Notes: generated by a model from the sequence alone, not told the origin. DNA of 64,000 nt from Octopus sinensis (GCF_006345805.1 NC_042999.1:25916001-25980000); one strand, 5' to 3'; shown: positions 13,900 to 27,714, counted from the first letter of the stretch. Numbers and translations are program-made.

Positions 13900-14235
13900 T
13901 TGAACAAACTAACCCCAGAATTTCTTGAAATCTGGTGCTTATCATATCGGTCACATTTTGCTAAGTTGCATTGCCGAGAGGATGTAAAGAAACCGAGACT
14001 CGTTGTCAAGTGTTGATGGACGGCAAACACAAGAACAGAGACACACAAACATAAATATATGAATGTATATATATATATACATGTATAGTTTGACAGAAAG
14101 TTTCCGTTTCCCAAATCCACACGCAACTCTTTACTCGGTTTTAGCTGAAAAAAATGTACCCAAGATGTGACGTAGTGGAACTGATCCGAGAGACATGTGG
14201 TGTAAGACAAACTTCTTAGCACACACCCACGCTTG
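13900..14235 (-). mobile_element. Old SINE family A copy
   Basis: Colinear degenerate matches to the 38112-38501 copy. Confidence 0.55.
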
Positions 14236-14390
14236 CAACTTATTCATTTATTATATATATATACTTTTAAGGCTGAGAATCAAGACCGAAGATGTGTAAC
14301 TGCAGGGAGTATTTAAATGGATTTACCCCATAATGATTAGTTTAAATTTTTAGAAGAAATAAAAGTGGAAGAGTGAGAATGAGTTTATCA

Positions 14391-14805
14391 TCTTCTCTAT
14401 ATATAAACGGCAGTTTGTCTGTCTGTGTGTCTGTGTGTCTGTCAGGTTGTACCCTCACCCTGACCACGGCTTTCAACCGATTCTGATGAAACTTGACACA
14501 CACATAGCCCAATGTCATAATTCAAAACTAACGCAGCGAAAATTTTGAACAGTTCCCCCAGTTCTGAAAAAAATCGATAAATTCGACATGGGGTCGAGAA
14601 TCTAAACTTTTTATATGCAACACATTTTCTGTTGTAGTTTTTGCAATCGGGAGACAGCTAGGAACATCGTATACACAGAAGTATTCGAGTGAAGAGAAGA
14701 CATTGCAACCTACACATGCGCCTTCGTTCCCTAGAGGGAAAGAACTAGATTGGGATTAGTTGTTGCCTACTAGGGGCTCTTACATACGCCGGGCTATGCT
14801 GCTAG
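14391..14805 (+). mobile_element. Non-autonomous Helitron
   Basis: A|TC..CTATATATAAAC start, CCGATTCTGATGAAACTT block, ends ACGCCGGG..GCTAG|T. Confidence 0.75.
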
Positions 14806-15595
14806 TCAACAATAAATAGCAGTAATTACACTTTAATAATTTCACGATAGAGAACGCAGTGGATGATTTAGTCTTAGATAAATAAGGGACTTAGTGGGAG
14901 GAATTCGTTTAGGTCAACATCCGAGTGTTCGAGCCCAAGGCGCATCTTAGGTAGAGGCATACGGTTGTGGTTAACAGTTTAGAGAGGAGTGAGAACCGGC
15001 AAGGTTACCTGATATAATCAAGTTGTTGACGACCAGAACGGAACTCATATCAGATCGGTCGTCTCCCAGGTTACAAACTCTCAGAGGACTGTACAAGACC
15101 GCACGACCAAGGGACAGGAAAAATAGGCACGTACTCATAAGGAATGGTTTAGGGCTTGGTAGGAGTAACGTCAATAAACGTAAATACATGAGATAAAGGT
15201 AAACTGAGGAATATATTTTATCTTGATTTTCCTCCAGTGATGACCTCGATTGATTGTCTGTCACCTATGGTATTGGGCTATTTTACAGTCAGTTTGTATC
15301 CTGAAAATAATAGTATCTTTTACCTTTTATTTTTCATTTGTATCAGTTCTTTGACTGCAGCCATCTCATTCCGCCTTGGATGGTTTTATTCGAACGAATC
15401 AACTCCCGTACTTATTTTTTAAAGACTGTTACTTATTCGGTCGCGCCCCTTTTGCCACAGCGCTAAGTTACGGGAACGTGAAACAAACCCATACTGAGTG
15501 TCTCGCGGTGGTAGGAACAAATATTAGCCGAAAATCTTACACATACCTTCATTTACGTATGAGCACACACATATGTATGTATATGCGCATGTATG

Positions 15596-15656
<61 letters not shown>

Positions 15657-15660
<4 letters not shown>

Positions 15661-16812
15661 ATGCATGTATGTATGTATGTATGATTAGGGCAAGCATCTT
15701 GGGTTAACGTCCTCGCATCCCAACTGATGTACTCTGCAGGAAAAAAAAACCCTAAGAAACATAGTATAAAACTGGTAAATACTGCTAAGTTCGCCAGTCC
15801 TATTTTATTCGACCGAACTTGGAAACCATGAGCATAGGTATTTTAGTTTAAATATGATGGTTACTTCTCCACACTACACCACAAAATTCTTACCCTCAAG
15901 CTAATATAGGGTGATACAGTGTTACATTATTGCTAAGTGAAATAAATTTTACGAATCGCCATTTATTCATCTTCAAACATTATGAGAAGTACAAAGGTCA
16001 TAATATCACAATTTTTAGACATTGTTCTCTGCAATTTGTTATAATGGATATTATTTAGCACTGTATCTTATTTGAAATGTTAATTGTACCATTAGTCGCA
16101 GGTATATCATCATTTCATTCGTTTAAGTTGTTAGCCTCAAGGATATTATTAGTCAAAGTACATTAACTGACAAACAGTCGAATGCATCGTTTCTCACTTA
16201 TAAGATTTCATATTGACCTGCGGTGTTCTTTATCTCTTTCTAAATAATATGATGTATGAAATGTGTTGGCTGTATCTACCGGTGTGTATTTGATGAACTC
16301 ACAACGCATTCTCAATTAGCCTCACAGGCATAAATTTGTCGAAAGAAATATATTGTTGGAATTGTGTAACGTAAATATAGTAAATTCAATGTTAGCCACA
16401 CAGCCTCACCATGTAAATGCCCCCATATATATATTAGTGTTTAGATGTTTGTGCGTGTTTGCAAGCGTGTGTGCGTATGTTTTGCGTGTGTGTGTATGTG
16501 TGTGTGTTTATGTCTAGGTCTGTAGAGAATGCAAAACGTACTGGGGTGACAATTTAGAAACAATTTAAATAAACGGATAAAAAACCAAAAAAAAAGAAGA
16601 AATACAAAAAAAGTGAGGACGTGCACAAGAAAATATTAGCTTGGCGCTCGGTGACAGCAGAGAGTTTAGCGTTTCGAGCATAGCTCTTTGTCGGAAAGGA
16701 GGAAAGGAAAGTACAATGAAGGACGAAAAAATCGCCAATGTCCACGTGTAGTTACATTTCTGAAGTGTGTGTGCGTGAGTGTGTGTTTGTTTGTGTGTGT
16801 GCGTGTAATTGA

Positions 16813-16846
<34 letters not shown>

Positions 16847-18010
16847 ATGCATGTATGTATGTATGTATGATTAGGGCAAGCATCTTGGGTTAACGTCCTC
16901 GCATCCCAACTGATGTACTCTGCAGGAAAAAAAAACCCTAAGAAACATAGTATAAAACTGGTAAATACTGCTAAGTTCGCCAGTCCTATTTTATTCGACC
17001 GAACTTGGAAACCATGAGCATAGGTATTTTAGTTTAAATATGATGGTTACTTCTCCACACTACACCACAAAATTCTTACCCTCAAGCTAATATAGGGTGA
17101 TACAGTGTTACATTATTGCTAAGTGAAATAAATTTTACGAATCGCCATTTATTCATCTTCAAACATTATGAGAAGTACAAAGGTCATAATATCACAATTT
17201 TTAGACATTGTTCTCTGCAATTTGTTATAATGGATATTATTTAGCACTGTATCTTATTTGAAATGTTAATTGTACCATTAGTCGCAGGTATATCATCATT
17301 TCATTCGTTAAGTTGTTAGCCTCAAGGATATTATTAGTCAAAGTACATTAACTGACAAACAGTCGAATGCATCGTTTCTCACTTATAAGATTTCATATTG
17401 ACCTGCGGTGTTCTTTATCTCTTTCTAAATAATATGATGTATGAAATGTGTTGGCTGTATCTACCGGTGTGTATTTGATGAACTCACAACGCATTCTCAA
17501 TTAGCCTCACAGGCATAAATTGTCGAAAGAAATATATTGTTGGAATTGTGTAACGTAAATATAGTAAATTCAATGTTAGCCACACAGCCTCACCATGTAA
17601 ATGCCCCCATATATATATTAGTGTTTAGATGTTTGTGCGTGTTTGCAAGCGTGTGTGCGTATGTTTTGCGTGTGTGTGTATGTGTGTGTGTTTATGTCTA
17701 GGTCTGTAGAGAATGCAAAACGTACTGGGGTGACAATTTAGAAACAATTTAAATAAACGGATAAAAAACCAAAAAAAAAAGAAGAAATACAAAAAAAGTG
17801 AGGACGTGCACAAGAAAATATTAGCTTGGCGCTCGGTGACAGCAGAGAGTTTAGCGTTTCGAGCATAGCTCTTTGTCGGAAAGGAGGAAAGGAAAGTACA
17901 ATGAAGGACGAAAAAATCGCCAATGTCCACGTGTAGTTACATTTCTGAAGTGTGTGTGCGTGAGTGTGTGTTTGTTTGTGTGTGTGCGTGTAATTGAATG
18001 TGTGTGTGTG
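15657..18010. repeat. Near-identical tandem duplication, period ~1186 bp
   Basis: TTAGGGCAAGCATC at 15685 and 16871; copies differ mainly by 1-nt homopolymer indels; junctions lie in (GT)n. Confidence 0.97.
16664..16698 (-). ncRNA. Degenerate minimal hammerhead-like motif (duplicate at 17849-17883)
   Basis: TTT CCGACAA A GAGC-TAT-GCTC GAAAC GCT AAA; core deviates at positions 4, 8 and 16.1. Confidence 0.45.
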
Positions 18011-20836
18011 TTTGTGTGTTTGTGTGTAAACGTATGTAATAATTTCTTATCGAGTTACTGCATAAGTACTAGTGAAGCAATGTTGTACCTAATGGCATGA
18101 TGCATAATTATGTTTTCTCAGCAAATAACCCAATAAAATATATTAAGCAGCAACGTGATCAGTTGATTTGGCACTGTCCCTTTATGATTTTATTTGTTCT
18201 GGAGTCGACGATTCTTTAGGTAGCCGGTACTCCTGTCTTGAAATCTACTATACCTGCCTTTCACCTGTAAAGGGCCATATTTCTATATGACCTCAACGCT
18301 CATTTTCACCAATCTCCATTTTATAACGAAGTTTTTGGCATATATGTATAAGAAAATTTACGTGAAAAATAGACCGGAAACTACATGCTAAAATACAGTT
18401 ATCCTAATACAAATGTTTTATACACATGCATCAGTATACCTTTGAATAGCTTTTTTATTCTACGTCCAAACAAAACTATGTATGACTCTAAGACTCTAAG
18501 GTACATATTGCACATGTTCTCGACTTGTCTTTCATAAAACTCTACGCATTATAGGTGTTATTTCGGTGGAGTCTGTATAGAATCGGGAATTTGGGGTTGA
18601 CCATGTCAGAAAATCCAATTGCGCAATAAAGGATCACTGAATTCATTCGATATGAATTCGATCGTCAACGTTATTGCAAAATTCCGTTACCAGTTCTGAT
18701 TATTGCTTATTTCCTATTGGCATTTATTTGGCTGGATCAATTATAACAAGGAAACTGGTTTCTTCGTATTTCTCACACAGACCTCTTTATCGTTGCATTC
18801 ATAATACGGCTCATACAATAATTAAGTATAAGTTTTTCTGCGTTTATTTTTATTGGACCAGGGTCACTTATTATAACCGGTTTCACATTATTTAGCAAAT
18901 CTGAAGTTATAATTTCGTATTGAGTCATGCATAAATCACCACTTTTTCCAGATGAATTGCATTTCGTGTGCTTAGGTGGAAAAACATGTTTTTGGAATGA
19001 CATATCTTTTGTGAGCAATATAATATTTCAAACTGTTTTCAGCGGTTACATACTTTTAAATCTTGTTTGAATTATGACCGACTCTGTCATTGGGTTCTTT
19101 AATATTGTTCGACGACGTCATTTCATCGGTTTCTGGCGTATCATTGAAGAATTACTTGGTTTCTGTAGGACATAATAAATTTCACTCTTCAAACTAATAA
19201 AACTATAGAACAAGAAACTGCCACCGAATTGCAGATTCTCATCCCGTAGAGAAATAAAAAGCACGATGATTAAATTTTTGTTTGCGATTTAAACCTGACA
19301 ATTCGATCACATAGCAATCGATGGATTTTATATGAGATATTATTTTTTGATTTGCAATATTGTCCCAGTTGAGTTTCGTTTTTTCGATGGGACCCATGGT
19401 TTTCAGAACATAATTTATAACTTCTTAGATATTTTAAAATACCAGGCGTAAGTAAAAACAAAATTGCGTTATAAAAACTTGCTTTGAAAGTGCTTTATAA
19501 ACTTTATGCTATTTGATTTAATAAATAAAATTGTTTTTGGAAATGAGTCAGAGTGTTATTTGAATTTAGATTTCTATATTTGAAATTTTTTGTCGATAAG
19601 TAATTTCTTTAGCAATGAATTTTACAGTAGTATTGTTATTATGTATCAACTTGAATCCATTATTTACGACAAACCATATCGTCTTAATTTTGTCGGATTT
19701 CATTGAATAATATTAAATAAAACTGGTAAAAACTAGCATTGTCGATATTCGTGGAAATGGCAGACACACAGATAGCTCTTATTACTGCATCAAATGAAAG
19801 AACAATCGCAAATTTACAAAAAAAAAAAGAGAAGAAAAAAACAAAATAAAAAAGGAAATACAGAATATGTAGGAAAGGAACAATAACAACAAAAATAATG
19901 AAATATATATTATATTTATTTCAGGAAACCAATGTTTGTTTACAGCCTCGTTGAAGTCGCTAGTGCTTCTATAGTTCGGCAATTCTACCACATTGGTAGA
20001 AATTTATCATAAATATCGTAAAGCGTATCTTAGCGTAGAACGGTATGGACAACGATAAATAAAATTCGTATTTACACGTTTGAGTTAGACAAGAAACTGA
20101 CGGCATATCTTACCAATTTAGGTCCCGAACAACGAGGCAAATTCCCGGATAATGACAATTAATGTAAAAATTGACGAATATTTCATGAAAAGCAAAATAT
20201 TAATAAATTTTAATATAAATTTCACCATTCACAAGAACAATTTGTAATATAAATTGAACCGTTTCAAACGTTTTCGACCACAGAATCTGCTTAATTAATA
20301 TAACTAATAACTAAATCAGGTGTGAAAAAACCATATCCTCAATAAAGACTTATAGAATGGGATATTTTTAGTGATAATGTGCAGATCAATGTGTTTGGTG
20401 ACTTGACTTCACTTCATAAATAGGAAGAGCATAGGTAAGTTAGTTTTGATGAATAAAGTCGTGGCAAAGGAAGAGAAATATATTTGTACAAGTGTCTGCT
20501 TCATCGATTTGCAATTCTCACCAATTTTAGTAAGTATCGATGCATATTCGAGTTCATTTTATCACTTTGAACTTCGATATATTGCTGAACATACGCCTAT
20601 AAAATTCTTAATTAAGAGTAATTAGATATAATTAATGAATGAAAAATAAACACTCATAAAGTCTTATAAAGCTTCAATGCCAACGACATTCCTTTGAAGG
20701 GAAGCATGCAAAAGTATAAGTAACTACATACATAGGTTAATACGCACATACATACATATGTATATACGTACATACGTACATACGTACATACATACGTACG
20801 TACTTACGTGAATGTATACTTATATATATGTATAGG

Positions 20837-20879
<43 letters not shown>

Positions 20880-21012
20880 TATATATACATGTGTGTGTAG
20901 ATAGATATAGATATAGAATAATTGATAGATAGAGAGAGAGACACACACACACACATACAGATATGTACATAGAACCAAATTACATACACACATATACGTA
21001 TAAATAAATTCT

Positions 21013-21051
<39 letters not shown>

Positions 21052-21491
21052 TTATACGTGAGAATTTATATTTATATGTATGTATATACATAATTATATA
21101 TATGTGCGTGCGTGTGCGTTTATAGCTATGTATATATTTAAGTATACGCCACACAAATTGTGCTTCCACTATGTACCACAATCTGCAGTCTATTTACACT
21201 ATCAACTCTCTTTTATTTCTGCTTCGCATCCATTATGTGCATGTTATTTTGTATTTTCTGACACATTCTTTGTTACATTCGTAGAACATGTTTTTATTAT
21301 AAGTATTTTTTAATGAAGTTGTTCCGTGCTATATAATTTGGAACGTTTATAGTCAATTCACTTCACCTTGTAAGTTCCACCTTTTATGCAGTTGTAGTTG
21401 AAACAACATGTCAGTATCATCGTTAGAATGAATCAACTTTTTTACCATATCAGACAATATCATGTTTACTCAATATATTTTCCATGTATTA

Positions 21492-21532
<41 letters not shown>

Positions 21533-21603
21533 TATGCGAAGAAAAGAGCAATCCAAAATTCTGACTGCCCCCTTTTTCCCTATATGCAACATCTGTACCT
21601 CAT

Positions 21604-21650
<47 letters not shown>

Positions 21651-21691
21651 ATATATCTATATATATTTAATACTGCATGTTTAAATCTCTC

Positions 21692-22170
21692 TTGGGGCTA
21701 AATAGCAATAGCCTTCTTACTTTTCCTGGGACTGCCACATTACGTCAGCAACAAACCATCACTTTATCGCGCTGTTTCTGCATAACTCTCTCTGAGAGAT
21801 TTAGAAATGGAATATTTCTAATTTTGTAGATCAGTGAATTTATTTTACTTGAAATTCTATAAGTTTTGAACAGAGATTTAGCACCGACAAAGGCAAACTA
21901 CTTCAGACTGATGAGATGCAAATACCCTGAAACTAGTCTCTGGTTGCTGGCTTTGTTGGGTGGTGGTGTTTATATCCTCTGTTTGAAAACGTAAGGACAC
22001 AGAATGTTTGTGTCACGTAGCCAACTAGAAACAGTGTTTGTTGGGGCTAATTAACAGTAGCCTTCTTTTTCCTGAGACTGCCACATTAAGTTCGCAACAA
22101 ACCCTCACTTTATCGTGCTGCTACTTCATAACTCTCTCTGAGAGATTCAGAAATGCACTTGAAATTCTTT
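21692..22170 (+). mobile_element. Partial tandem (1.4 units, period 349 bp) carrying a hammerhead; retrozyme-like or Penelope pLTR-like
   Basis: TTGGGGCTA..GAGAGATT.AGAAATG at 21692-21809 and 22041-22155. Confidence 0.65.
21904..21942 (+). ncRNA. Minimal type-I hammerhead ribozyme, canonical core
   Basis: CAGA CTGATGA [gatgcaaataccct] GAAAC TA GTC TCTG; stem I CAGA/TCTG; palindromic stem III ACTAGT; stem II decayed. Confidence 0.75.
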
Positions 22171-22616
22171 AACTAGCTAGAAATTCTATTACTGGAATTT
22201 GCTGGTCAATATGAAATATACCACTCTTATACACCATCAACAATACTATTCTGAATAATCAGTTGATATTTCGAAGATGACACGAAATTATGAATAAGAA
22301 GAAATGACTGAATTGATGACTAGATATCTTCCTATAGCGCTTTGCAGCTTTTATATTTTTTATTCCCGTGGATAGCGTCCTGAATCACATTCCTACTCCA
22401 AACGAAACGGCCAGAATAGACACAATTCCTGACAAACTCCTTACAATATACATTTTTGAAAACCTCTGGTGAAATCGATCAAGCATGTTCTTATATTTTA
22501 AAACATAATAACATTCTCAATACATTCCACGTACATTTTGAATATCGTTTCTCCTATTCTCCCACTTGTTCACTCACTACAGATTATCTACTCGAGAGAT
22601 AAGGCCGACGATATAT

Positions 22617-22658
<42 letters not shown>

Positions 22659-22662
22659 CATA

Positions 22663-23910
22663 TAGGCATGCCGGAAGTAAATAGACACCTTTAATTTTAA
22701 ACATTTCTGATCTAAGCATCTTAAGATGTTTCAGCGGTGAAGAATTTACAATGTAATTATTCTTTTTCATTCCAGGTGCCATTATATTAAACATTTGCGA
22801 AGAGTAAAGATGACACGCATAGAAACAAATTCACCAGAACTGTCAGATTTTCAAAGAGGTCGTATTGTTGGGCAATCTGATGCTGGTCTCAGCCAGCGAA
22901 AAATTGCCGAAAATCTTCAAATTCCTCTTGCTACTGTTAGTAGAATTATAGTGCAATTCAAAAGCCAAGGAGAAGAATCAACATATTCTCGTCCCGGCCG
23001 ACCTGGGCCCTCGTAACCGAAGCTTTACTGTTTGAAGAGAATTTTGTAAAACGAACCCCATTCGAAGGCTTCAGGCATTGCAAAACAGCTAGAAGTGTGT
23101 TACATATCTGCATAACGTTGGGTATTATGGACGAGCAGCTCGAAGAAAATCTCTCCTTCAACCAATTAATGTCATAAAAAGAAAGAAATGAGCTAAGGAG
23201 ATGTCAGAAAATCCAGTTCATTTTGGGTTAGAGTGATTTTCTCAGGTGAATCCAGATTTACATTATTTTCAGACAGTGGACGTGTTTGGGTCTGGAGGCT
23301 TCCCAATCAAGAATTTGATTTGAAATGACTCCAACCAACTGTGAAACATGGCGGTGTCTCTGCAATGATATGGGGAGCTGTCACCAGCAATGGTCGTTCT
23401 GAGCTGATCGAATGTGTTGGAACCATAAACTCTGAAAAATACATCGAAATATTTAAGCAAGGAATACTTCCGATGTATTCACAAGATAACATAACGAAAA
23501 ATGAGTTTTAGTCATGGAAGATGGGGCTCCATACCACACAGCGAAAAGGAATCTACAATGGTTGACTGAAAATGGGATCAAACAGCTTCCTTGGCCGAGC
23601 CAATCTCCTGACATGAACCCAATTGAAAATATTTGGAGTATACTAGATAGAGCTATATGAAAAGCTCGACAGAAACCTAAATCTAAAGATGAATTGTTTC
23701 GATTATTGCATGAAAACTGGGCAGAAATTCCATAAGAGACAATCACAAAGCTCATCAGTTCAATTCCAAAAAGAGTTTCTGAATTAAAAACTGCAAAGGG
23801 AGTGTCGACTAAATACTAAATTCCTACCTATCGATTACATTTCAATTGTTCACTTCGCGTATTAAATAAAAGATTTTGAAAATTAAAGGTATCTATTTAT
23901 TTCCTGTATG
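22663..23910 (+). mobile_element. Tc1-like DNA transposon, full-length but decayed
   Basis: TIR core GGAAGTAAATAGACACCTTTAATTTT (22673-22698) vs AAAATTAAAGGTATCTATTTATTTCC (23879-23904) flanking a transposase pseudogene. Confidence 0.92.
22810..23819 (+). pseudogene. Tc1 (DD34E) transposase pseudogene
   Basis: [32 protein letters not shown]; (D>G)ESRF; TVKHGG..MIWG; [10 protein letters not shown]; [15 protein letters not shown]; stops and frameshifts. Confidence 0.95.
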
Positions 23911-24754
23911 TATCTGTGTATATACACACACACATACGACGAAGAAGCGCGTGCGTACACACACACACGAACACACGCACACTCATGCATATTCGTGCGC
24001 GCGCGTGTGTGCGCATTTCTGGAAGACAATAAATATCAGCAAGGCACTTAACACTAACATTTGTCTTTCAGTTATTTCATATATATAATTCTTAATGTCA
24101 CATTTTCGTTTATTTCTTTTCGAAGTGAAATGCATATATATATAACTGGTAACAAATAAATTTTGATCGCAGCAGGAAGAATATATTAATTCAGTTTAAT
24201 AATAGCTGATAGTTTATTTCACCTAGTAACAGAGATCAGGACTAAAATGTTATTTTGCTTTAAGTCATAATATTTTACATCCAATTTAAGGCAAATACAA
24301 TATATAAAAGCATTTGTTTCCTTTTACATAGAAACGAAGATAAACGACTTACAAAATATGAGAGAAACTGTGATGTAATAAATTATATTCAGATCAATAC
24401 TGGGAAACGAATATCTATTTTCCAGCTATTCCCATAAATTCCTATTATATGTCTTCAAGATTTGCTTATCAATCCTCCCCCAACCCGCTCACAACTTGCT
24501 TTGTTACCGATTTATCAATTATAATGGTTTTTACAATAGTTATGAGAATAAATCATTTACACAGAATTTCTCTTGCTGAACATCAGTATTGTGTTTTACT
24601 GAATTACATAATCCACACATACACATACTCAAACACACACACATATACATATGTTTGCATATACACAGAAAGTGACCGACATTAGCTTTGTGATTCAATA
24701 TGGCCAACGGAAAGTGAAAGAAGCCCATCGTGAATATATGTTTGTGACCTCGAT

Positions 24755-24801
24755 CTTACGACCGCCAGTCCGCTGCCCTAACCACTGGGCCATTGCGCCT
24801 C
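24755..24801 (-). mobile_element. tRNA head fragment of SINE family B
   Basis: Reverse complement of GGAGGCGCAATGGCCCAGTGGTTAGGGCAGCGGAC. Confidence 0.85.
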
Positions 24802-24820
24802 CACTATATATCTATTTCTA

Positions 24821-24923
<103 letters not shown>

Positions 24924-24959
24924 ATATATATATAAGTAGATATTTATACGCGCGATTTT

Positions 24960-25150
24960 TTGGGGGTATTTTTTTTCCTCTGTCTTCCGTTCTCTCGATC
25001 TTTCCTTCTCCTATGTTTCCGACGAAGGGCTCCGCTCGAAATGTTAAACTCTCCTTCTTTCCTTCTTTCCTGAGCGTCCAATAATACTATATTTGTTCCA
25101 CGTCCTCGCGTTGTTGTGTTTTTTTGTGCTTTCTTGTTTAGATTAACTTA
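24960..25150 (+). mobile_element. ~190-bp microsatellite-flanked element with hammerhead-like motif at 25015-25049
   Basis: GTTT CCGACGA A GGGC-TCC-GCTC GAAA TGTT AAAC; homologous to the minus-strand element at ~16570-16740. Confidence 0.6.
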
Positions 25151-25154
25151 TATA

Positions 25155-25233
<79 letters not shown>

Positions 25234-25763
25234 TATATATAAATATATGTGTGTGTGAGTCTGTGTGTAAGTGTGTATGTACGTGTGCGTGGGCATATTT
25301 GTGTCTATGACTGTTGCAGGTTTTCCCAAACAACGGTTTTCAACAACTGTTGTAATGTTTAGGGGGCCGAAACTTAACAGTTCGAATTAAACGATATATA
25401 TATATATATTATATATATATATATTTAGTGAATGGAAGAAATGGAGTTGAACGAAGATTGTACAGAATTCCTTTTATTACATTCTACACATGTTTCAAAG
25501 GCCACAATTTTCCAAATTCTGATTAAATAAGGATACCATATTGCAGCTTTCTCTTCAGGAAAAACCAGGAATTACGTTGTCAGAACAAAACAAAACAGAG
25601 GCGCAGCAAGTGTTTGTGTGTGTGTGTGTGTGTGTGCGTGTGTGTGCGTGTGTATGTGTGTGTGTAATGATGAAAAAGAGTGCTCAACAACAGGTTGCTG
25701 GATGAAAAGTAGGCTTAATTCAGAAATATACACATACACATATACACGAACACACACACGCAC

Positions 25764-25794
<31 letters not shown>

Positions 25795-25799
<5 letters not shown>

Positions 25800-26100
25800 C
25801 CCTGACCGACCAGGCTATTAGACGTTACTAAACATCGCTGGTCAGAATGCGCTTCGCATTGTTTTAGCCTTCAAATGACGCCACCCCACCGCTGGTTAAG
25901 CGAGCAGGCCAACAGAAGAAAGAGTGAGAGAAAGTTGTGGCGAAAAAGTACAGCAGGGACCGCCAACACCCCCTGCCGGACCTTCGTGGAGCTTTAAGTG
26001 TTTTCGCTCAATAAACATTCACACCGTTCGATCTGGGGATCGAAACCACGTTCTTACGACCGCGAGTCCGCTGCCCTAACCACTGGGCCATTGCGCCTCC
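25795..26100 (-). mobile_element. tRNA-SINE family B, tail type 2
   Basis: A-box TGGCCCAGTGG, B-box-like GGTTTCGATCCCC; 3' tail differs from the 52899 copy. Confidence 0.88.
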
Positions 26101-26112
26101 ACTATATATCTA

Positions 26113-26143
<31 letters not shown>

Positions 26144-26514
26144 ATTTAAGTAGATATTTATACGCGCGCGCACACACCCACTCACACACGCAAAACACAA
26201 AGTTTTCAAATGCTCTGATATCAAAGAAACAACTAAGATGCTTGATAATGTATTAGTCAGTAATCACTGCGACTAGTCTAAATGATTGTCATAATAGGCG
26301 TGGAGTCTAGACTTACTAGAAATACGTTTTGAAGCGAATTTATCTCTGTCAAGTCTTTTGCTGACGTCATGCATCACTAGGATTTTCTTCATAGAGGAAA
26401 ATTTTGAGCAAAGTCTTATATTTTACGTTTTCATTCATAAAATATTTTTTTTAAAGAAAAGTCATATTAGTCTAAGACGTGTTCTGGAACGAAAACAATT
26501 GCAGCGTGGAAGGT

Positions 26515-26682
26515 GTTTATAAGCTATTAAAGAAACACACAAAAAACCGTTAGATTCACTTCAACAATAAAATTTAATTTGTCAAAATATTTTCGCCGCT
26601 TTGAGACCACGACCTGTTCACTGACAAAACTCCGTGCAGTGAATCTAACGGTTTTTGTGTGTTTCTTAAATGGTTTATAAAC
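26515..26682. mobile_element. Fold-back element with ~45-bp inverted arms
   Basis: GTTTATAAGCTATTAAAGAAACACACAAAAAACCGTTAGATTCACT vs AGTGAATCTAACGGTTTTTGTGTGTTTCTTAAATGGTTTATAAAC. Confidence 0.85.
26578..26628 (-). ncRNA. Minimal type-I hammerhead-like ribozyme with G3-C8 compensatory core
   Basis: TTTGTCA GTGAACA G GTCGT-ggtctcaaa-GCGGC GAAA A TA TTT TGACAAA; 7-bp stem I; palindromic stem III AATATT. Confidence 0.7.
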
Positions 26683-27521
26683 AACTGTAATTGTTTATAT
26701 ATATATGTGTGCGTGTGTGTGTGTGTGTGTGTGTTGTGTGTGTGTGTGTGTGTGTGTGCGTGTGTGTATTTATGTATATATGTATAAATACGTGTGTGTT
26801 TGTGCATGTGTGTGTTTTCTTTTTGTGCATGTGATTACGTGACTATGTACATATTGATATTTACAGCATAATATTTGGAGATAAAATACCTAAAATATGA
26901 CATTTGAAGAAGGTAATTTAGTTAAAGTATTAAACCTCCTACATTTGATCATTCCGAATTCTGTCGATATAGATATGTTCCACACAAATGCAAAGAACAA
27001 AAAGAAAAGAAACCTTATCTTCACATCAATTCCTTATAAATACAGCGTTCACGCATAATTTAGAAATGTGCGTGGTGAGAGAAGAATTGTATATGCAACG
27101 TTCATTTGCTTTGCCTGATTTAGTTCTGTTTACTGTCATAAATACGAGTCAATATTCTTCCATGCCGCATTTGTATAAGGTACCACTTTGTCAAGATCTG
27201 TGTCTCATACCTTGAGAGTTTACGTACATATTACATTCCCGATATCACATATGTCCCAATCCCTCAAGGAAAGTGTATTCAATGCCATGGAATTTGTAGA
27301 ACCTTTGCAAGCATGTGATGTATGCCTGATGTCTGCTTACATTTCTCTCTTTCCTCAGACAATCCCATGATGTTAACATAGTTTAAGGCTCAATTTTATA
27401 CATGGTTGGACACTCAAATTGTGATGTACTTTATTTTCAAGTGTATGAGTGAATACAATTTCACTAATGAATCCCTCGTAATAACAATTAAAAGCATAGC
27501 AAAGCATCTGTTATTATATAT

Positions 27522-27599
<78 letters not shown>

Positions 27600-27714
27600 A
27601 AATAGAAAGATGAATAATCTTGTAGTAGATTAATCAAAAGTTTAACCGATACCTTAGTAGCAAAAATCACAGCAGTAAACATTCACCAATAATGTTTTAT
27701 ATATATATATATAT

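Noticed and set aside
14900-15240. GC-richer segment as an LTR/LINE coding relic
   Set aside because: No recognisable motif in the frames I translated.
18600-19200. Long hydrophobic plus frame and 81-aa minus ORF
   Set aside because: Several stops, no recognisable domain and no convincing splice pair.
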